Shown here: positions 1 to 13,127 of the stretch, piece by piece | How positions within the stretch are numbered: the first letter of the stretch is position 1 | How the letters are laid out: each line of letters opens with the position of its first letter | From: Ostrea edulis | Lineage: Eukaryota | DNA: 64,000 bases | Assembly (NCBI RefSeq): GCF_947568905.1 | Contig: NC_079165.1 | Location: forward strand, 28,892,001 to 28,956,000 | Reading direction: 5' to 3' | Notes under the pieces: generated by a model | The model's database searches: none | What the model saw: the letters and a program-made list of their open reading frames with translations, nothing else | Told to the model about the DNA's origin: nothing | Position numbers and translations under genes: made by a program

Positions 1-685
1 AACCTGTATTAGTTGCTATTCACCGTAATAAAACCAAAAAATGCATATATATGACGGAGCTTTTGAGATAATGTAAACAATACCGTTTTTACCTCCTGAA
101 TCTGAAGATTTATCAAGGGAGGTAATTTTACAGTAAAATTGGCAATATATCGCGGGAATAAACTGTTGTTTTTTTTTAAATGTATAAACGTGTAACTTGC
201 CAACGGATTTTTTCTTGATAATTGTAGAACAAATGCCATATTATATGTAAAAGAAGTCAGTACAACTTGACATGGTTGTAGAGTTTTTTTAAAAAGTCTA
301 TGAAATTTACTGCTTTTTGAAAGCAAAATTAGCCCCAGAAAACCAGTTTAATTATCAAGGAGTGAAATGAATTTCAATTGTCAATGTTGATTAACATAAA
401 TCAGTGTATGTTTGAATAAAAAAATCCAATCGAAAGTGTTCATGATAATCAGTAACAAATATGTGCTTGCATAGAGAGAAATTCTAGAGTTATACTTAGA
501 TATATAACATGCTGTCTAAAAGGCACGTGGTTTCCATGGTAACAATGTGAAAAATGAATTTTTGGTTGATTTTTTATTAGACTATATATCATGAACATTT
601 TGTATGAGTTTCATCAAAATCCATTTTTATGCCACTTTTCACAAAATGCTTGATGCTTACTGATTTTGACTCTTAATACATATAG

Positions 686-1180
686 ATGAAAGGTGAAGAT
701 AACGAACAGTGATCAATCTCACAACTCCTGTAAGTTATACAAAATAGAGAGTTGGGCAAACACGGACCCCTGGATATACCACAGGTGGGATCAGGTGTCT
801 AGGAGGAGTAAGCATCCCCTGTCCACCGGTCACACCGCCGTGATCCCTGTTTTATTGATCAGGTAAATGGAGTAATTTGTAGTCAAATCAATGTGCCAAG
901 AACGGTCCAACAATCGGTATGAAACACTTCAGACAGCATTTGACCCAATGATACGTTGTATTGGCAAACTAGACCATAGATTTGCGAAATGCCGACTTTA
1001 AACGAGACTGGTGAAACCCATGTAACATCAACTTGTTTGTAGTAGCCTACTTTAAAACCTGGTTATACTTAGAACAAGTTCTTGCGTATCGAATGAGTTG
1101 AGAGATATAAACACCATATGCAGGTGATAATGGAATACTATAATAATCAACAGATTCGATACGCAAGAGCTTGTTCTGCG
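686..1180 (-). mobile_element. Penelope-like retroelement (PLE) 3' fragment, 5'-truncated
   Basis: Starts with the family 3' end (AGGTGAAGATAACGAACAGTGATCAATCTC on +). The minus strand encodes the RT-thumb motif IPLSPAYGVYISQLIRYAR. Same family as the longest copy at 43320-44310. Confidence 0.8.
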
Positions 1181-1675
1181 TATGATTCGTTATTTTCATC
1201 TTTCTCTTAGGCACCTGTTCCCATTTCAAATAAGCCTTTCGACATCTTTGTGTTTTAGGAAATCCCCAAATTTCGATGCCGTATGTCAAAGCACTGTTAC
1301 CATAAGAATCAAAAATCGCAAAAAGTGTTTGTATATTTTAATACAAAGTTTCCTTAACTTATTGAAACCAGATGGCGCTGTTCCAGATTTGATATGATAA
1401 ACTGTAAAAATGTCAATATATTTGCAAAAGGTCAACAACGTGTGTCACATTTGAAAAACACTATTTTCATAATGGAAATATCCTGTAAACAATTGGGTAC
1501 ATATAAATGACAAACAAAAACAATAAAACAGAACCAAAGCAAGCCGATTTATAACAACATCACGACATTGTTAACACCTTCAAATCCACCAGAATTAATT
1601 TAAATCCAAACGTTATATAAAGTTGTCAATTCCTTTGTAAAATGGTTGGGTAAGGGATTCATCGGTCAGCTGAGT

Positions 1676-1850
1676 GTCCGGGTAGCGTAGTGGTTAACGC
1701 ACTCGCTTCCCACCGCCGCGACTTTAGTTCGACCCCCGTGATCGGCAGTGGTTGTATATGAAAGACTATTGTGGTCGCCCGCTGGACACGGAAGTGATAT
1801 CCGGTTTCCTCTCACAAAATGACCCCCTATCGTTAACCATGCAAGTCTTT
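1676..1850 (+). mobile_element. tRNA-derived SINE with V-domain-like core
   Basis: A-box TAGCGTAGTGG (1683) and B-box GTTCGACCC (1728), followed by TCCGGTTTCCTCTCAC (about 1800), which resembles the V-SINE core. No complete cloverleaf. Confidence 0.6.
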
Positions 1851-2063
1851 AAATAGCTAGTATATATGTATATGTAATGTAAATTGTTGTTTATATCTCC
1901 GACTTTAAAATAAAGATTATCTTTTTTCCCCACACAAATAATTAAATCAGCTGTTAGAACTATTACACAAATAACTAAACCAGGAATAAACAGCATGACG
2001 TATATCGTAAACTGACAACTGAATTAGATTCTGAGGTAAGATGACAATTAAAATTCGAAACAT

Positions 2064-4511
2064 TCAACCATTCGAAGCGTCCAAACTACGGATCTGACGG
2101 TCTCTTCGCTTGAGTCCTCGGATGACAGAGACGACGATGACAAAAAATAACAGAGGCACAACCACACCAATTGCAATGTAGACAAAAATCATCTCATTGA
2201 CGGAGTTTTCCGGACTATCGTCTGTCTGTTGATTTGAGACTGTTGAGGGTTTGACAGAGATTTCCGGACTATCATCTGTCTGATGATTTGAGACTGTTGA
2301 GGGTTTGACGGAGATTTCCGGACTATCATCTGTCTGTTGATTTGAGACTGTTGAGGGTTTGACGGAGATTTCCGGACTATCATCTGTCTGATGATTTGAG
2401 ACTGTTGAGGGTTTGACGGAGATTTCCGGACTATCATCTGTCTGTTGATTTGAGATTGTTGAGTGTTTGACTGAAGTGGATTGAGGATATATAGTTGGCA
2501 ATTTTGATATTACAATCGATTGTACTCCATTTGAATCCGTATGTGGAAGTCCGAAGCTGTCAGTGTGCGGGAGTAGACTAAAAGGTAATGGAACCAGAAT
2601 TGGGTTTCCAAAAGTGTCAGTGGCTGCCTTCGGGGTATATAGAGATCCGAAGCTGTCAGTTTTTGGAACCAGAAATGGTTTTCCAAAAGTGTCAGTGGCT
2701 GCCTTCGGGGTATAGGGAGGCCAGAAGCTGTCAGTTTTTGGAGACAGAATTTGCTCTCCAAAAGGGTCAATCAGGGCGTTCACGGTGAAGCGGGTCATTG
2801 GTACCAAGTTATTCTGAAAATATCTTTCAAGTTCAGGATGTTCTCTGATTTTGTAAGCGTTATTTGGCGATCGTTTTGAAGAAAACTGTCGTCCATTGAA
2901 AATTCCCAGTTTTCTAGGGATATGTTCGAAATGAGTAGGAAAATGTTGCTGGTATTGTTTTGAGACGGGAACATTATTCGATAATTTCCTTATCACAAGC
3001 CGCAATGTCGAATCCGACCGTCTTTGTGCTGACAATCCTATAGAAATAATCATAACATTACATTTGTATGTTAAAGGGACTGATTCACGATTTCCCCCAA
3101 AATTTTCCTTTTCACTTTTAATGATCAAAATCTACTGTCTAATGTGTTTTAAAAGAGTTCACATAAAAATTAAGGTTATACATTATCACAGAAGCTCATT
3201 TTAGAGAGTTTATTATTTGTTTTGTAAACAAAGATTGCAGTATGTTATTGTTTGCGAAATTTTTAAAAGAATTGAATATCGATCTAAGTTTATTATATCT
3301 TTCGCATTTCAAGCATTTTTGGGGTAAAATGTGTCATCTAAAAATTAAGATGCTTTATATTACAAAATCAATATTTCACTTGTTTGTTTGTATACATAAA
3401 AAGACTCGCGTCTTTGTTTACATAACACAGATTTAAGGCTAAAATTTTGCTTTTATTCTTGCATTCAGAAGGTCAAAATTTTGGCGGTCAACATTAAATG
3501 AGTTATATTTTTAATGTTTACCATCAAAAATGAAAATTATTTTTATAAAAAATCGTGAACCATTAAGCCAAATTCACAAAAATATGGTTATGTATGTTAG
3601 AAAGTAGTCTGTATTAAATTCGAACACTGTAGTTAAAATGGATTGTAAAACAGCAGGCACTTGAGTTTTAAATGCATTTGATAAAAATATTGTCTTGTCT
3701 GTGTGTAAAACACACTTTACATATTTACAAGTACAATGTTATATTTAGTTTAATTGATAAAAATAGCTCTAAACTACATGTATATGTGGAATTTTGACCT
3801 CTGAAAAGCTTTCTATCTTTGTCCAGTTTGTGGTTAGCGTTGCCACCTTTTTTAAGTCTTTGGTATATGACGTTATCTTATAAAGTATTCGCATTTATTG
3901 TAAAGCATAATCAATATGCAAGTTCCGAGATATCAACTCTTCTGTGATGGAGGTACATTCAGTATTCCGTTGAACGCTTGGGTGGATACAGGATGTATAC
4001 AAATGTTATAGACTAGCTATGTAAATAAGGATAAAAGTTATTAAAGCGTACATTTTGTTTATATCAGCTGTTGCTATACATTAAACTGACCATATGAAGA
4101 ATAATATTTGTTTGAATTAGGCCATTAAATTAAATATGAATTTATTTTTTATTTCCTCTTCTGCACGAGTGATACTTTAATCTAAGAAAGTTGGTGATTA
4201 TCGATTTTTATTTGAGCTATTTTATTATCAAATAATCATAAACTTACTAAAATTGTGTGTCCCAGCCGTTTGGGTGCTTGCATGATGCCTGATAATCATC
4301 TTTTAAGCAATATATGAAGGCAGAGATAAGCATTTGTACCCACCGCGTGTGGAAGAAAGTATGTTTTGCGTCTCACTGTGCGTAAGAGTTCCTCAAAGGG
4401 AAAGAACTATTGGGCAACTCGGAAATTGCGTATTAGTAGTTCCTCTAAAACCTAAAACTTACCAATAAACACCGACACCAGAAACAGAACACACATACCA
4501 GTTGCCTTCAT
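2064..4511 (-). CDS. Type-I membrane mucin-like orphan protein, about 340 aa, two coding exons (4511-4463 and 3037-2064)
   Basis: Exon 4511-4463 reads MKATGMCVLFLVSVFI-G (signal peptide) and ends at a phase-1 GTAAGT donor. It joins in phase to acceptor TTTCTATAG|GA at 3038/3037 of the 354-aa ORF. The product has a Pro/Ser/Thr/Asp-rich ectodomain, a TM helix MIFVYIAIGVVVPLLFFVIVVSVI and a basic cytoplasmic tail RGLKRRDRQ. Confidence 0.8.
2200..2475 (-). repeat. Coding 54-bp tandem repeat, about 5 copies (18-aa N[QH]QTDDSPEISVKPSTVS)
   Basis: GGACTATC recurs at 2212, 2266, 2320, 2374 and 2428. Confidence 0.95.
2590..2740 (-). repeat. Coding 75-bp duplication (25-aa KTDSF..YTPKAATDTFG.P.LVP x2)
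   Basis: Two adjacent near-identical 75-bp units, visible in both DNA and translation. Confidence 0.9.
3071..3410. mobile_element. Dispersed non-coding repeat starting TTAAAGGGACTGATTCACG, in the intron of the mucin-like gene; second copy at about 55719-56070
   Basis: The two copies align over about 340 bp. A TTAAAGG start is typical of non-autonomous Helentron-like elements (inference). Confidence 0.6.
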
Positions 4512-4554
4512 CTGTAACGTGAATAGAAGAGAGTGATTTATAAATATCATAGTC

Positions 4555-4990
4555 TGCATTTCGTAAATTCATTCATTCATATGTCGATTCGACATATCCC
4601 TGTGAACTCAAAATAAAAGACACCACAGAGTCCTTCACAGCTGCTTCGTACTTAGATATTTCATTGAAAATAAATATTAACGCCAAACTAACAACCCAAC
4701 TTTATGATAAACGGGATGATTTATAAGCTTCTCCGTCGTCAACTTTCCATATTTATGTAGCAATATTCCATTATCAACTGCATATGGTGTTTATTATATA
4801 ACTCAACTGATTCGATACGCAAGAGCTTGTTCTGCGTATGCTAAGTTTTTCAATCGAGGTAGGCTACTGAAAAACAAATTGATGTTACAGGGGTTTCAAC
4901 AGTCTCGTTTAAAGTCCGCATTTCGCAAATTCTATGGTCGTTTAATGATCTAGTTTGCTAATACAACCTATTTTAAGGTCAACTGCTGTC
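4555..4990 (+). mobile_element. PLE RT fragment
   Basis: Degenerate ELKIKDTTES..LYDKRDD..FP.LCSNIP...QLIRYARAC coding remnant. Confidence 0.75.
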
Positions 4991-5062
4991 TGACGGCGCG
5001 GTGGTTTAGAGGTAGAGCGTTCGTCCCGCATGCAGAAGGTCGGGTTTAGAATCCCGGCCGCG
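4991..5062 (+). mobile_element. tRNA-derived SINE head (tRNA-Ala-like)
   Basis: GGTGGTTTAGAGGTAGAGCGTTCG..GCATGCAGAAGGTCGGGTTTAGAATCCCGGC: degenerate A and B boxes, no intact acceptor stem. Confidence 0.55.
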
Positions 5063-5464
5063 TTTTTGCAATGAATATGGCCAAGCTGCAAGTTTGTCAT
5101 TTGAACTGAGTTAATTACAAAAGTCACTAACCAATCTTTTTTGTAACTGGCGAAGTTCTTTTGAAACTATATATTATTCTCGAAACATGGACAGCATGGG
5201 CTATTAAAAATATACAAAGTATTGCATGTAAAAAACATGTATAAATCCTGCTCTCTAATAAAACGGTTAAACATTTGCTTCAAATGGGATTCACGTATAC
5301 ATATGGCGTTGAATTTTTTTTCTAAGCTGTTACATATCAGTAAAATTGTAGCATTTTAATCCCTTTTGAAGAATGCATTCACACGATTCATCTCGGACAA
5401 TGCACCTTATCTATCTTGCAATTCTGCACTATGTATATTGAATCACATTTAAAAAAGAGTACAG

Positions 5465-6030
5465 TATTGAATATATTGACTCGAATCACATATCGAAATA
5501 GTACGATATGAAATACATTGACTCGAATAACATTTCATTTCAAAATAGTACGATATTCAATATATTGACTCGAATCATATTTCATTATAGTAGGATGTTG
5601 AAAATATTGACTCGAATCACATTGTAAAGAGTAGGATGTTGAATATATTGACTCGAATCACATTTCATTATAGTAGGATGTTGAATATATTGACTCGAAT
5701 CACATTTCATTATAGTAGAATGTTGAATATATTGACTTGAATCACATTTCATTATAGTAGGATGTTGAATATATTGACTCGAATCACATTTCATTATAGT
5801 AGAATGTTGAATATAATGACTTGGATCACATTTCATTATAGTAGAATGTTGAATATGTTGACTTGAATCACATTCCATTATAGTAGAATGTTGAATATAA
5901 TGACTTGAATCACATTTCATTATAGTAGAATGTTGAATATATTGACTCTAATCACATTTCATTATAGTAGAATGTTGAATATATTGACTCCAATCACATT
6001 TCTTTATAGTAGAATGTTGAATATGTTGAC
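5465..6030. repeat. 42-bp minisatellite, about 13 copies
   Basis: Unit TATTGACTCGAATCACATTTCATTATAGTAGGATGTTGAATA; period 42 (5649 to 5691). Confidence 0.95.
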
Positions 6031-7176
6031 AATATTGGAATTAATTTGAAGGAAGCGTAACGATAGCGTACAAGAAACCAACAATGTTCCTCTCAATTTT
6101 CGTAATTAAGAAAATGAATTGAAGTTGAAAGTCAAAATGTTGAATTTAATTTTTATAGAGACATGACTTACCTCCAAATCTTTCAATACATATGTTCATT
6201 ACACATCAAGTTTCAAGATGAGGCTTTTACTTTCTACATTTTCGCTTTTATTCAACTCATAATGGTGTAAATTATCTTAACGGGGACGAATGTACAAGAT
6301 CTGAAAATTTATGTACAGTTTCAAAGGCTTCCTCACAATATCCTTTTGTGAATGGAGCATGGAGTCATGGACCAATCCGTGGGTGTAGACCGGTATCTAT
6401 AACCAATACTTACTGAACATTTATCTCTTCCTTGTTTTTATCAACCAAATTCTAAAAATCTCCAATTTCAAGAGTTGAATAAATAAGGAAATCAAACAAG
6501 CCCTTTCATTCTCCATCTATTTTCAAAGGATGTCTCGAGAATCAAGGTATTCTAAGATGTTTCAGTTTGTATTTTGCCGATCGTTTGGTCTATAGTTACA
6601 ATAGAAATTACAATTACTGTTCAAATGGAGTTGCCAAGAGAATTTGAAAACTAATGTCTTATAATACTTACCGCTTTATTAAAACAAACCACTCACTTTG
6701 TTCTAGATTTTTTTTTAAATTTAAGATTTGTCCTGATGTAAAGTGATTTAAATATGGTTGGAAGTTAAGAAAGCTTGTTTATTTGGCGGCCACCACGAAC
6801 TTTGAATCATTAATTTGACGGCCGTCTGATAAGGTGTTTCCCCTAATACTGCACCTGGACGAGGTGTTTGGTCTCGTATATTTAACATATTACACGTAAT
6901 TACGACACATACACAACTTTTGGCAGTAAACCTTTCGGATTTCGGCCGAATATTAAAAGGATTCCTATCGGACTTTGTAAAGTCCAGCTTAACTCAAATA
7001 CGAAACAGACTTCCTTAAAAGTCTGACCGGGATATGTCAGGGGACGCTTTCTGTTCGGTTCGGATTTAGCAGACACAGAACATTTGACCTTCGATATTAT
7101 AAAAGAATGGGACGTCAGGACTTAGATGCCCTTATCAGCAGGGTATATGAACTTGGCTCTATTTTAACAATACTAC

Positions 7177-7346
7177 CATTGAATTAATTTAGACGAATTG
7201 ATTTAGACAATCATTAGAAATGATAAGAACATTAAATTAACTTTGACAATCACTAGAAATGATAAGACCATTGAATTAACTTAGACATTCATTAGAAATG
7301 ATAAGACCATTGAATTAACTTCGACAATCATTAGAAATGATAAGAC
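7177..7346. repeat. 39-bp minisatellite, about 4 copies
   Basis: Unit CATTGAATTAACTTAGACAATCATTAGAAATGATAAGAC; period 39 (7268 to 7307). Confidence 0.9.
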
Positions 7347-7499
7347 TGTAAAGTTTTGTTTTTTTTAATATAATTTATTCGGTTTTTGTCACGTACATAC
7401 ATATACTACCCCCTTACATTGATTAATTCTTTCTTTAATCGAATTATTAAATATGTGGTTACTTGCTGTACAAAAATAATAATAAAAAACAAACAAACA

Positions 7500-8180
7500 A
7501 AAGAGAAAATAAAAAAATAAAAAAACCCACCCCGACAAACACAAGTGAAAAATAGCTAGTAAAAAACAAATCAATCAAAATTAAACTTCCATCTGGTCCA
7601 CAATTTATCAAAGCTGTACAATCTAAACTTTTGGATTGCAGCATATTTTTCCACATGGTATTTTAACCTTAGATGAAATAATAATCCAACCAGGTGTGGT
7701 TCTTTATTCTGCATTAAACAAGTAAATATGTATTGCTTGGCATATAGGCTTATAAAATTAATAACTTTGTTATTAAAAAACAATGGAATTTCACCTAATA
7801 CGATACTGGACACATTAAAATTAACTCTTTCTGAAGTCTTTCTGTATATATGAAGACTCAACTCACTCCACAATGTTTGAATTATATCACATGAAGTAAA
7901 AATATGTATCATTGTTTCTACATTTTTTGTAAAAAATCTACATCAGTCATATGTTTTAACATTAATGTTTTTAATATAATACTCAACGTTCTATGTAAAA
8001 TTCTAAACTGTGACCATTGAGCTGAAGAATCAGTTGTTGTTTTGAGACAAATCTTAAACATACTTTGCACATAAAAATCATCTACTCCATGTGGAGTTAA
8101 TTCAGCCTTCCACTTGCCTATAGAAGTTGGGATATCCTCTTTTTCATTCAAAGATTGTAAATGATTTTGGAGCATTTTTT
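7500..8180 (-). mobile_element. L1/Tx1-clade LINE ORF2 C-terminal remnant
   Basis: Broken ORFs 8175-7918 and 7912-7571 carry the zf-RVT-region motif QWSQFRILHR.L and the downstream LW...I.LG...IN.I.L.AKQYIF pattern. Confidence 0.7.
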
Positions 8181-8203
8181 ATGCAACAAAACAGGTTAAA
8201 AAC

Positions 8204-10836
8204 ATGGAAAGCCGTAGGGTACCCCCACATTATTATTATTTTTCCCTATATAAAATACCAATATTATAATATAATGTGATCAAGCCACTACGAATAGGAG
8301 AGAGCAATATCAGTTACATACAACAAATGAATTCTACAGTATATCTACAATTGAATTTAACTTTCCTAAACATTTATCACCATAGAACATTACAGACCAA
8401 AGGAGGGGGGGGGGGGATAGTGGTATTATTTGGTGAACAAAAGTTATTTTCCTTCCATTTAACATGACTGCATTTCAATTCACTGCCAAGGGGGGGGGGG
8501 GGGGGTTCCATGAACATTTTCATAATAATGTAACAGTTAAACTTTATGTTAAAAAAAATAATAGGAGGGTCCCCTCCCCCAATACTATGTGCCTGGGACT
8601 GTACAATTTAATTACATTCTAAAATATCATTATTGTGTCTCCATAATATACTATATAGATCTACAGAGAGACAATTGTACCGAGATGTTTGGCACACCCC
8701 CCCCCCCCCATTCTTCGACCCCACCGAAAGCAACTGCATGACTGCGACAGTCTGAATACCCTTGCCTTATTTTATTTTGAGGACAACAGGCTACTACTAC
8801 TAGCGACTAAGTTGTGTCACTTATACTTCTATCAGTGATAGGGTCATAATATACATGTACATGTAGTGATTCATACATATTTATCTATCGGAGCATTTTC
8901 AAGCTACAAATAAATGATGGGGCTACAATGGCTTGAACACTCTTTCAAGAGGAAGATGCTGGTGACATCAGTTGTAACAGGGAATTTCAGAGTTCTTGAA
9001 ATTACTTTTGAAGTGTCAGACATTTGGTCTGACACGGTTAGAAATAGTGTCAGCCCAAACAAAATTTTGTCAGTCCAGATAAAAATGCATTGTTTTTGAG
9101 GTTTTCATAAATCTTATTTAAAATCAACTACATGTGTAATTATATTCAATCTCCATCTCGGCTATACATTTATAAATTATCTTTTCATGGCCTTTCTCAT
9201 CTTCCTTAATACACTCTGAATGAATCTTCCTCACTTTCACTGTCTGAGTCACTTTCTTGCTCTATTTCTCTCTCACCCTCGACTTCTCCCTCATCCTCCA
9301 TTTCTCTCTCTATCCTGTATATTCCTCTCAACTTCTCATCTTCCTCTGCAATAATTGTAACTACTTTTTCTCTCACTTTTGCCCGGGTGTAGCTGGTCTT
9401 TCGTCAGTTTCGACTCTGAGCAGATTGTGTCACCAAGCAGTAGGTAAAATCACTGCAAACAAAAGTCATTGTCTCCCAGATTGCCAGGCAGAGATACAAT
9501 CGGTTTCTCTTCTCCTCGTAGTTCCTCACAACTGATTCATCACGTTGAAGTTTCAATGTGTTGCCGGATTTAGCACCGATTTGAAAATTTATGGACCACA
9601 TGGCCGCCATTTTCCCCGGTAAAAAACGGACTTCGATCCCGATCTTATATCGGCCATCAGGACCGACAATTAAGTAACTTGTGTCGGACATTTACTACTT
9701 TTATCGGATAATCCGACATTACCGACACTTTTCAAGAACTCTGGAATTTAGAATGAATTCATTAAAACCCACTGATAATGTCCCTGTACCTGACCCTATG
9801 ACCCTAGTCTGAGAATATGGCCAATGTTAAGCTTTTTAGAGCTCCTAACAGATGATGAGGTACCTGACCGTTGCACATAATCACACATGTATATATTGTA
9901 GCCTTACCTCTATCCATGAGTCAATAAGTTGAATAACGGTTAGGTCTGTCAGACAATAAAGTACTGTAATCATACGTGCCGCTTGCGTCACGTGCTAATC
10001 TCTCTCAATGGGGTGCTTCTTTTCGTCACGCTTCAAATATCTGCCTTCACGCTTCAAATAATATCTGCCTTCACGCTTCATATAATATCTGCCAATCTGA
10101 AGTCGGAGATTGTTATTGTGAATCCGAGTCAGACAAACGTTTTCTGTTTCAAGCGTCCAAATAATAATCTTGTCTTTTTGGCTGGTCCAGAATTATTATT
10201 GTCAGTACAGATTATATTCTGTAGCGTTCAAATAAAAAAGATAATTATTGTTGGCGATGTTCAGTAATTATTATTGTAGTGGAAATATTATATTTATAAA
10301 GATAAAGTGTGACTTTAAATCGGGTCAGTTTTTATTATTATTGCGGCAGTATTTATAATTATAATAATGTCATAAATAAAGAATATTTTTCTTTTGGGGA
10401 TGAAATTATAATTTGGTATCTGAGAATCGGGACAGATTATTATTATCGCTGCGATATAATAATAATATCGGGCAAATAGGGGGAAATTTTTATTTTTGGA
10501 AGAGATTATAATTTTGGTCTTTTATATAGGGAAAAATAATAATAATGTGGGGGTACCCTACGGCTTTCCATAGTGTGACTTTAAATCGGGTCAGTTTTTA
10601 TAATTATTGCGGCAGTATTTATAATTATAATAATGTCATAAATAAAGAATATTTTTCTTTTGGGGATGAAATTATAATTTGGTGTCTGAGATTCGGGACA
10701 GATTATTATTATCGCTGCGATATAATAATAATATCGGCAAATAGGGGGAAATTTTTATTTTTGGAAGAGATTATAATTTTGGTCTTTTATATAGGGAAAA
10801 ATAATAATAATGTGGGGGTACCCTACGGCTTTCCAT
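8204..10836. mobile_element. TIR-bounded non-autonomous DNA element with a tandemly duplicated right end
   Basis: Left TIR ATGGAAAGCCGTAGGGTACCCCCACATTATTATTATTTTTCCCTATATAAAA (8204). Its reverse complement ends at both 10571 and 10836. Confidence 0.65.
10306..10836. repeat. About 265-bp direct tandem duplication (10306-10571 / 10572-10836)
   Basis: AGTGTGACTTTAAATCGGGTCAGTTTT begins both units, and both end in the TIR. Confidence 0.9.
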
Positions 10837-11589
10837 ATAAAAAATATTGGCATACATAGATTAAGAATTCTTTTGGTTGAATGTCTATCAATAGACAAAG
10901 TTTAAGTATTTTGAAATTACTGTCATAATGCTATTATATTTCATTACACATGCTTTTTTGATATTGTAAGATGTTTGAAATTTATCTAAGGTTAAGAATT
11001 ACAATCATCGTCAAAAAAATCTTGAATAACTTTAACTCCTTTCTCATACCAGTCCTTGATAAAAACTGGTTTGCCAGCTATCTTTATATTAAAATTGTAC
11101 CACACTGGAATAATTTAATTCTTATTGTATCCCTGTCGCTGATTGGTCAAATTCCAATTGAGGAACGCAAGTTATTTTTGTATAACCTGGTTTGATATGG
11201 GGACATGTAGTAGAAGTTTTCACAGAGTTAAAAGCCGCAAATTTTGCATTTTCTGATATTTTGGGTAGGCCTAAACAATGCAATTTCCCGTATTTTCTCA
11301 ATCTGTCGGAGATGAGCGACTTCAATGTCGATCTCTAGCCTATCTCTAAAGGGCAGCGAAATACGCATTGCATGCACAGTCTACACATATTTTCTATCAT
11401 GACAAACTTCACCTTCGATACAATATTTTGATAAATGGCTATATTAAAGATGGCGATCCTCACATAGACGCTTCGTGTCGTTGTTGCTAAGTGAATCATT
11501 GCGTGGCTCAATTGACTTGTATTTTTCCGAGTTTATGTACATTTTGATAAAAGAAGGTTAGCATCTTTGTCTCTTACATTAAATTATAA

Positions 11590-11736
11590 GGAATGACTTT
11601 AATTCTGGGGCAAGTTATACGAGTATAACCTGGTTTGGGTCAGTTTACGCTTTTTTATAATCCGCGGATTATAAAGCGTAAACTGACCAAAACCAGGTTA
11701 AACTCGTATAACTTGCCCCATAATTAAAGTCATTCC
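11590..11736. mobile_element. About 147-bp near-perfect palindrome (foldback MITE)
   Basis: GGAATGACTTTAATT..GGGGCAAGTTATACGAG..ATAATCCG|CGGATTAT..CTCGTATAACTTGCCCC..AATTAAAGTCATTCC; loop-less centre at 11664/11665. Confidence 0.8.
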
Positions 11737-11739
11737 CTA

Positions 11740-11930
11740 AATAATTGAACGTAATTTGACGTCACAACATTAATATTATATCACAGATAATATTGAACGT
11801 AATTTGACGTCACAACATTAATGTTTAGATCACAGATAATATTGGAGGTAATTTGACGTCACAACATTAATGTTTAGATCACAGATAATATTAAACGTAA
11901 TTTGACGTCACTACATTATTGTTTAGATCA
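11740..11930. repeat. 49-bp minisatellite, about 4 copies
   Basis: GTAATTTGACGTCACAACATTAATGTTTAGATCACAGATAATATT; GTCAC at 11761, 11809, 11858 and 11907. Confidence 0.9.
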
Positions 11931-13127
11931 AAAATCATATCCTCATGTATTTTCAAAAATAAAATATATTTCTTTAATGAATGAAAATGCAAAATGCAAA
12001 ATTCAAAATGGAAATATCATAAATCTAAAAAATAAAAGAATACCAATTTACAACTGAAATCAGAATTACTGAAAGTTGTTTTGAATAAACATTTTTTTTT
12101 TTGTCTATAAGCGTAAGGGAAGCGTTCCATCCTGGCGGTGTCCTACACCGTCCGTGTATCGCCATCCCACGTCCTTTTGTAATACTTACGGAATGTGTCA
12201 CGTGTCTTCTTATATTTATAATTCATGTAATTTGTGCACAATTTTCAAAGTTTAATGTTGAAACCTTTGCTATTTCGTCGTCTTTCTAGATCAGAACAGA
12301 TCAGATGACTTTGAAAGCCTGCAGGCATATTAATCGCTCTGTTTTTTGGTATGCGGTATCACTGATGAGTTTATATTCTATAAATAAAAAACATATTCTT
12401 TTCGTTGAAATGTTGGCATAAACTATACATCTGTCTCGACTTTACTCGCTGTTATTGCTTCTACACGAAGTTTGGCTAAAATTTGGATAAGAACTATGAC
12501 TTCCTTAATTATTGGACCAAATGTTTTGAACATGAAATGCACAAAAACAAAATCTTAAAGATTTAGATTACTTATACCGTCATACAGAATGACTTTCTTA
12601 CGGCTTTAATATACATAACCTCCAATAGATTGGTAATGTAACGAATAGAAGCTGTAGTACACGTGATATCGTAAACTAAACCTATGAAGTTTGTATCTTA
12701 GTACTGCCCTTGGACCGCGGCATGGTATATCAATACTTGCGATTATTTCACAAAATTCCACTGAACCCCCCCCCCCCCACTTGTCTTCATTCTTTCCAAT
12801 TTTATCATTACTTTCCGTTAAACTTCAGTATATCGTATTCACTACCTTGATGTGTTTGTACATCAAATGCCTCTGTACATGTACATATTACAGATTTATA
12901 AAAACAAAAATATTTATAAAGCAAGTAAATCTGCCCTTTTATCAATATATTTTTCGTTTAAACCTTTTATTTATTTGTTTATTTTTATTTGCCTTACTGG
13001 AGGTTGCCCTTCTTCCAGATCTGAGCGGTAAAACATCAACGTACAACGGTACATACCGCGCACCTGTATATCCGTGTGTATTTAATTATCATTTAGTGTT
13101 TATCACGCGGTAACGAGGAAACAACAA

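Noticed and set aside
3038-3128. First 30 aa of the 354-aa ORF (MIIKSEKENF..) as the true N-terminus
   Set aside because: It overlaps a dispersed repeat starting at 3071. A good acceptor at 3038 and an in-phase signal exon explain the gene better.
5585-5920. ORFs with 14-, 13- or 9-aa periodicity (also 54225-54680 and 58200-60362)
   Set aside because: By-products of stop-free minisatellites, open in several frames and strands.
5465-6030. 42-, 41-, 39- and 49-bp arrays as CRISPR-like
   Set aside because: Units are head-to-tail with no unique spacers, there are no cas genes, and the context is eukaryotic.
6414-6594. Possible upstream minus-strand exon or degenerate duplicate of the mucin coding start
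   Set aside because: Splice-like ends are present but there is no open frame and only a short (about 17-nt) similarity; it cannot be supported.
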